A stretch of 64,000 nucleotides of DNA, taken from contig JBBIRK010000002.1 of NCBI GenBank assembly GCA_037441845.1, positions 307,583-371,582 on the forward strand, in the 5' to 3' direction. Both the position numbers and the translations under genes were made by a program. Shown here piece after piece: positions 60,887 through 64,000 of the stretch. Numbering within the stretch: position 1 is the first letter of the stretch; every line of letters starts with the position of its first letter. Below the pieces are notes generated by a model. That model was not told the origin of the DNA. It saw nothing but the letters and a program-made list of their open reading frames with translations, and did not search any database. Source of the DNA: Candidatus Zixiibacteriota bacterium. Lineage in GTDB: Bacteria; Zixibacteria; MSB-5A5; UBA10806; 4484-95.

Positions 60887-61675
60887 TCAGGACTTTGGCA
60901 AGCCCGTTGCCTGATATGGCATTGCCGGCCAGATACTTAGATTCATGGACGACCGAAAATTCCGCCACAGGAATGCGCTATTGGGTTCAGAGTATTTTGA
61001 GGTCGACGAAATGAAGTAAGACTGATATTGAGCGATTTTTCGCGAGATTCTTGCCAAAGAAGCTGTCCCACAATCAATTTCAAGATAACAGGTAATCTTA
61101 TAAGGGCCGCATATGAGTTCAAAGCGGCCATCGGCAATGATCTTCTCGGTCCGATCAGGGTGACAGCGGCCAAGGAAAGGCGCGGGATTTAGGAAGGCGA
61201 TACTTCTGTCCTGTCGCCAGTTTACCAGTCTAATGTCGCGGCGCTTTTCAGCCGAGCGTGTTAGAATTATTCTGATGTCATTACGAAGCAGCAAATGGTT
61301 TAAGAACATAAATGATTGACCTTTTGTAGATACCTTGGATGGCAAAGATGTCTGACCGCTCAGGCGTAACGCCTTGAGTCCGCCGCCTGATATCCCATAG
61401 ATTCTGTCAGCCTGACCGTGACCAATGATAACAGGTCTGCTAATTCTGCGGAGTAGCCCTGCCCGAAACAGCTGATGGAGACGCTTTCGCGTGCGATGCA
61501 CAGATCTGAAGAACAGTGTCTGAATCTGGCTTGTTGACAAGAGTTGATAATCTACAATAGCTTTCAGAATTGCAACATCCCGCGGGGTCAATCTGACATT
61601 TCGAAGTGCGATCAGGGAAGACCCCAATGGTTTGCTGCGCTCTTTACTGTGCCCGCTATGTATGTATTCTATCAT
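60887..61675 (-). CDS. replication-relaxation (Replic_Relax, MOBC-type) family protein
   Basis: LTPRD..IL, RL.QL...G.L, H.L, ADG, YLEIDCGT, KI.QY. Confidence 0.75.
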   Translation of the reverse strand: MIEYIHSGHSKERSKPLGSSLIALRNVRLTPRDVAILKAIVDYQLLSTSQIQTLFFRSVHRTRKRLHQLFRAGLLRRISRPVIIGHGQADRIYGISGGGLKALRLSGQTSLPSKVSTKGQSFMFLNHLLLRNDIRIILTRSAEKRRDIRLVNWRQDRSIAFLNPAPFLGRCHPDRTEKIIADGRFELICGPYKITCYLEIDCGTASLARISRKIAQYQSYFISSTSKYSEPNSAFLWRNFRSSMNLSIWPAMPYQATGLPKS

Positions 61676-62207
61676 TAGTTTTCTTGATATGAGTCAATCC
61701 GCAGCCCACTGCTGACAGGATATGATTGAAATATTTCTGCTGCCGTGACCGCCTGCCAGGCTCGAAATTTCTAAGTTCTGGGTAAGCAGACAAGATAATG
61801 GCATTTAGCGACTGTTTGGTTGAATGTCCATACCCCGTTAAGGCTTTACGAATCGTCGTTGAGCCATAGGAATAGACGGGTATTCGCCTGCGGCGAGCAA
61901 CAGCAAGAATCTTGTAATAAGCAAGAAGCAAAAGCCCATTGTTGCTGCCTGATGTGAAGTAGGCTTTCTCCACGGCGATCGCAGACGGATTCTTCTCTGC
62001 CAAATAGCGACCCAGTATCGCATCCAGGTTGTTCAGTCGTTCCCGGACGCTGCCATCAGAAGGAATCACTCGAACACAATAGTCAATCAGTTTGTCGTTC
62101 TTTATATGAGCTAATCCAAGATGGACGTCTCCTGGATCTATGCCGATAATTCCATCTCGGCCGTTAGTCGTAGGCAAGTTCGATCTTGTGTTTTGATCTT
62201 CGCTCAT
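61656..62207 (-). CDS. RuvC-like Holliday junction resolvase fold protein
   Basis: IIGIDPG, RL..L, IAVEK, IRKALTG.G..TK. Confidence 0.75.
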   Translation of the reverse strand: MSEDQNTRSNLPTTNGRDGIIGIDPGDVHLGLAHIKNDKLIDYCVRVIPSDGSVRERLNNLDAILGRYLAEKNPSAIAVEKAYFTSGSNNGLLLLAYYKILAVARRRRIPVYSYGSTTIRKALTGYGHSTKQSLNAIILSAYPELRNFEPGRRSRQQKYFNHILSAVGCGLTHIKKTNDRIHT

Positions 62208-62439
62208 GAACTGTTTTCCTTATCTCCTTGAACGCGTCCAGGAAAAGTATCTCGACTGGGCAGTTAAGCGCTGCCGATAGCTTAAGAGCGTTAGTCAAGC
62301 TAGGCTGTCGTTTTCCCTTTTCGAAGTGGGACAGATGAGCAACGCTTGATTGGCCGATCAATTGCGCAACGGCGCGGAGAGGGAGTTTTCTCTGGTGACG
62401 ATATTGCCTTATTTGATTGGGGATTACTTTTCCAGACAC
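62164..62439 (-). CDS. XRE/Cro-type HTH regulator
   Basis: NQIRQYR, VAQLIG..VAHLSHFEKGKRQPSL..ALKL, VE.LF. Confidence 0.85.
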   Translation of the reverse strand: MSGKVIPNQIRQYRHQRKLPLRAVAQLIGQSSVAHLSHFEKGKRQPSLTNALKLSAALNCPVEILFLDAFKEIRKTVHERRSKHKIELAYD

Positions 62440-62580
62440 ATTGGTTGGATTAATGATTATTCCGGCACCTTATCAGATCGGGAAAAGGCTGCAATTGCCT
62501 ATTACGGAAATAGAGTTTCCGAAGACCTTCAGAAAAACGAAATAGTCTATCATAACCAGAAATAAAGTCAAGCCTGCTCC

Positions 62581-62589
62581 TGTGGATAA
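62581..62589 (-). promoter_or_regulatory. consensus DnaA box (TTATCCACA)
   Basis: TGTGGATAA on + strand upstream of rep; second perfect copy at 63178-63186. Confidence 0.6.
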
Positions 62590-62671
62590 GTGTCAGGGCC
62601 GGCCCATCTTGACATAGGCCGGATATCTGTGGTACGATGAAAACACGTCTAATTCATATCCACATGACCTT

Positions 62672-63529
62672 ATGAAAGACAGCAAAGGCCGATTTATCGG
62701 CTTCCAAACGCCGCGATATAACCAAGTTCCTGACGAGCTTTTCGATGAATTGCTGGCTGAATTATCCGGCAGCGAGCTAAAGGTGTTGCTGTATATAATT
62801 CGCCGAACCTTCGGATTCAAGCGCGATTCCGACCATATTTCGCTGTCACAGATGGTCGGCGGAATCCGCAGAAAGAACGGCAAAAACCTCGATCTTGGTA
62901 CCGGTCTATCCAAAGACACCGTGGTATTGGCGGTAAAGGCGCTCGTCAAAAAAGGGGTTCTGGTGCAAAACAAGGTATACTCTGAAGAGACCGGCTATGA
63001 GGCATCAGAATATGCCCTGAAAATCGTTATTTCGCCCTTGTCGGAAAATCCGACTAGGGGGGATGTCCCAAAAGTCGGACAAGGGGTAGTCGAAAAACCG
63101 GACATACAAGAGACAGCTAAACAAGAAACAGTAAGAACGTTTGGGAACGTCAAGAAAACACCAATTAGGACAGCCCCTGTGGATAACTTGAGGAGAACGA
63201 AAGAGGAGTACTTGTCGCAGCTGATTCTCGAGGTATGCTATGACAGACAATCACTCGGCTGGTATCGCAAGGTCGTAAGGTTGCTTCCGGAGCAGGTGGT
63301 CCATGAGGCTCTGAGCCAGGTCAAGGAGGCTCAACAACTGGGCCGAATTCGTGAACGGCCAGGGGCGATGTTCACGGACCTGATCAAGAGAAAAGCAACA
63401 GAATTGGGAATAGAGTTCGACGCTGAGAAGCGGGCGGCTGGGTCGATTGTCTCAGAAATCAGGCGAGAGAATACTACTGCCAATACAGCTGCCGAAATTG
63501 TCCACATGGGGATGGGAATAAGGCGATAG
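62672..63529 (+). CDS. replication initiator, lambda O-like N-terminal wHTH
   Basis: NQVPDELFD, ELKVLLYIIRRTFGF..DSD.IS.SQ, TGLS..TV..A.K.L. Confidence 0.8.
   Translation: MKDSKGRFIGFQTPRYNQVPDELFDELLAELSGSELKVLLYIIRRTFGFKRDSDHISLSQMVGGIRRKNGKNLDLGTGLSKDTVVLAVKALVKKGVLVQNKVYSEETGYEASEYALKIVISPLSENPTRGDVPKVGQGVVEKPDIQETAKQETVRTFGNVKKTPIRTAPVDNLRRTKEEYLSQLILEVCYDRQSLGWYRKVVRLLPEQVVHEALSQVKEAQQLGRIRERPGAMFTDLIKRKATELGIEFDAEKRAAGSIVSEIRRENTTANTAAEIVHMGMGIRR
63040..63103. repeat. three imperfect iteron-like repeats inside rep
   Basis: GTCGGAAAATCCGAC (63040), GTCCCAAAAGTCGGAC (63065), GTCGAAAAACCGGAC (63089), followed by an A-rich tract. Confidence 0.6.
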
Positions 63530-63599
63530 AGATACATCAACCGTGACAGTCGTACACCCTCATGCACCCGGGCTTCAATGAAATAGCCGATCCGTTGAC

Positions 63600-63998
63600 T
63601 CAATTTCCGTTTCTAGTTCTAAGCCTTTCCCTTAAGTCAGGCCGCCGGATCTTACTGGCAATTCGCTGCAACTGGAGAGTACACGCGGCCTGGTCAGCAA
63701 GGTCACTTGCCGCGATCTCTACAACGTCTATTCCCAAGGCTTCCAGTTGGCTCCGGATAATCATGTCCGCGCGTTTTCTGTCTACGTTTCCGTGGATATT
63801 CTTGGAGAGGCCGTCAAGGTAAATGGCAACCCGTACGTCAGACGTTAGGTCCTCATAGTACAGATCTGGCGTCGTGCTTTGGAATGGCGGTGGAGTCAGA
63901 TCTAGGGTATGCTGGGCCTCGAAGCTAGGGAAGCCGTAGTCCGAGAGTAGCTTTTCAAGAGTTATTTCCTTTATGTGAGTTCCCTGACCAGGCTTGGG
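63600..63998 (-). CDS. C-terminal fragment of a gene entering from beyond the window: Vsr/DUF559-like PD-(D/E)xK nuclease domain, typical of large DEAD/DEAH helicase-nuclease fusions
   Basis: Manual translation, not in ORF track: ...E..LEKLLSDYGFP.FEAQ...TTPDLYY...VAIYLDGLSKNIHG...RADMIIRSQLEALGIDVVEI...; stop at 63600-63602. Confidence 0.7.
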   Translation of the reverse strand, partial: PKPGQGTHIKEITLEKLLSDYGFPSFEAQHTLDLTPPPFQSTTPDLYYEDLTSDVRVAIYLDGLSKNIHGNVDRKRADMIIRSQLEALGIDVVEIAASDLADQAACTLQLQRIASKIRRPDLRERLRTRNGN

Positions 63999-64000
63999 AC

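Overview
Bacterial chromosome segment, most likely from candidate division Zixibacteria or a related FCB-group lineage. This assignment is an inference from the C-terminal dockerin-like GDAN..G....SDVT.LV.FFKG repeats and the gene mix. Positions 1-56243 are housekeeping and energy metabolism: recG, rfbBADC, prpD plus a fungal-type fused homoaconitase, an acyl-CoA dehydrogenase, a Cyc2-like cytochrome-porin with a lipoprotein cytochrome, kdsB-pyrG-kdsA, hutU, rlmD, tRNA-Sec, bacillithiol bshCAB1 coupled to an RND pump, and a complete alternative complex III plus A2-type caa3 oxidase operon. From tRNA-fMet (56244-56320) to the window end lies an integrative element. It carries int, xis, a HExxH peptidase, a membrane/vWA module, a Replic_Relax relaxase, a RuvC-like gene, an XRE regulator, a lambda-O-like rep with iterons and DnaA boxes, and the tail of a probable helicase-nuclease. 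The most unusual signals are apparently repurposed, catalytically degenerate proteins: (1) a LeuC-like aconitase fused to tandem N-terminal HTH domains with a dead LeuD partner, a candidate Fe-S/metabolite-sensing transcription factor; (2) an Mre11/SbcD-like protein with every metal-binding motif degenerate, paired with a membrane-anchored Rad50/YhaN ATPase; (3) an orphan Cas6b with no CRISPR array in the window. The tRNA-Sec also has a non-canonical 12-bp acceptor+T stem. All calls are by motif reading; no database searches were run.
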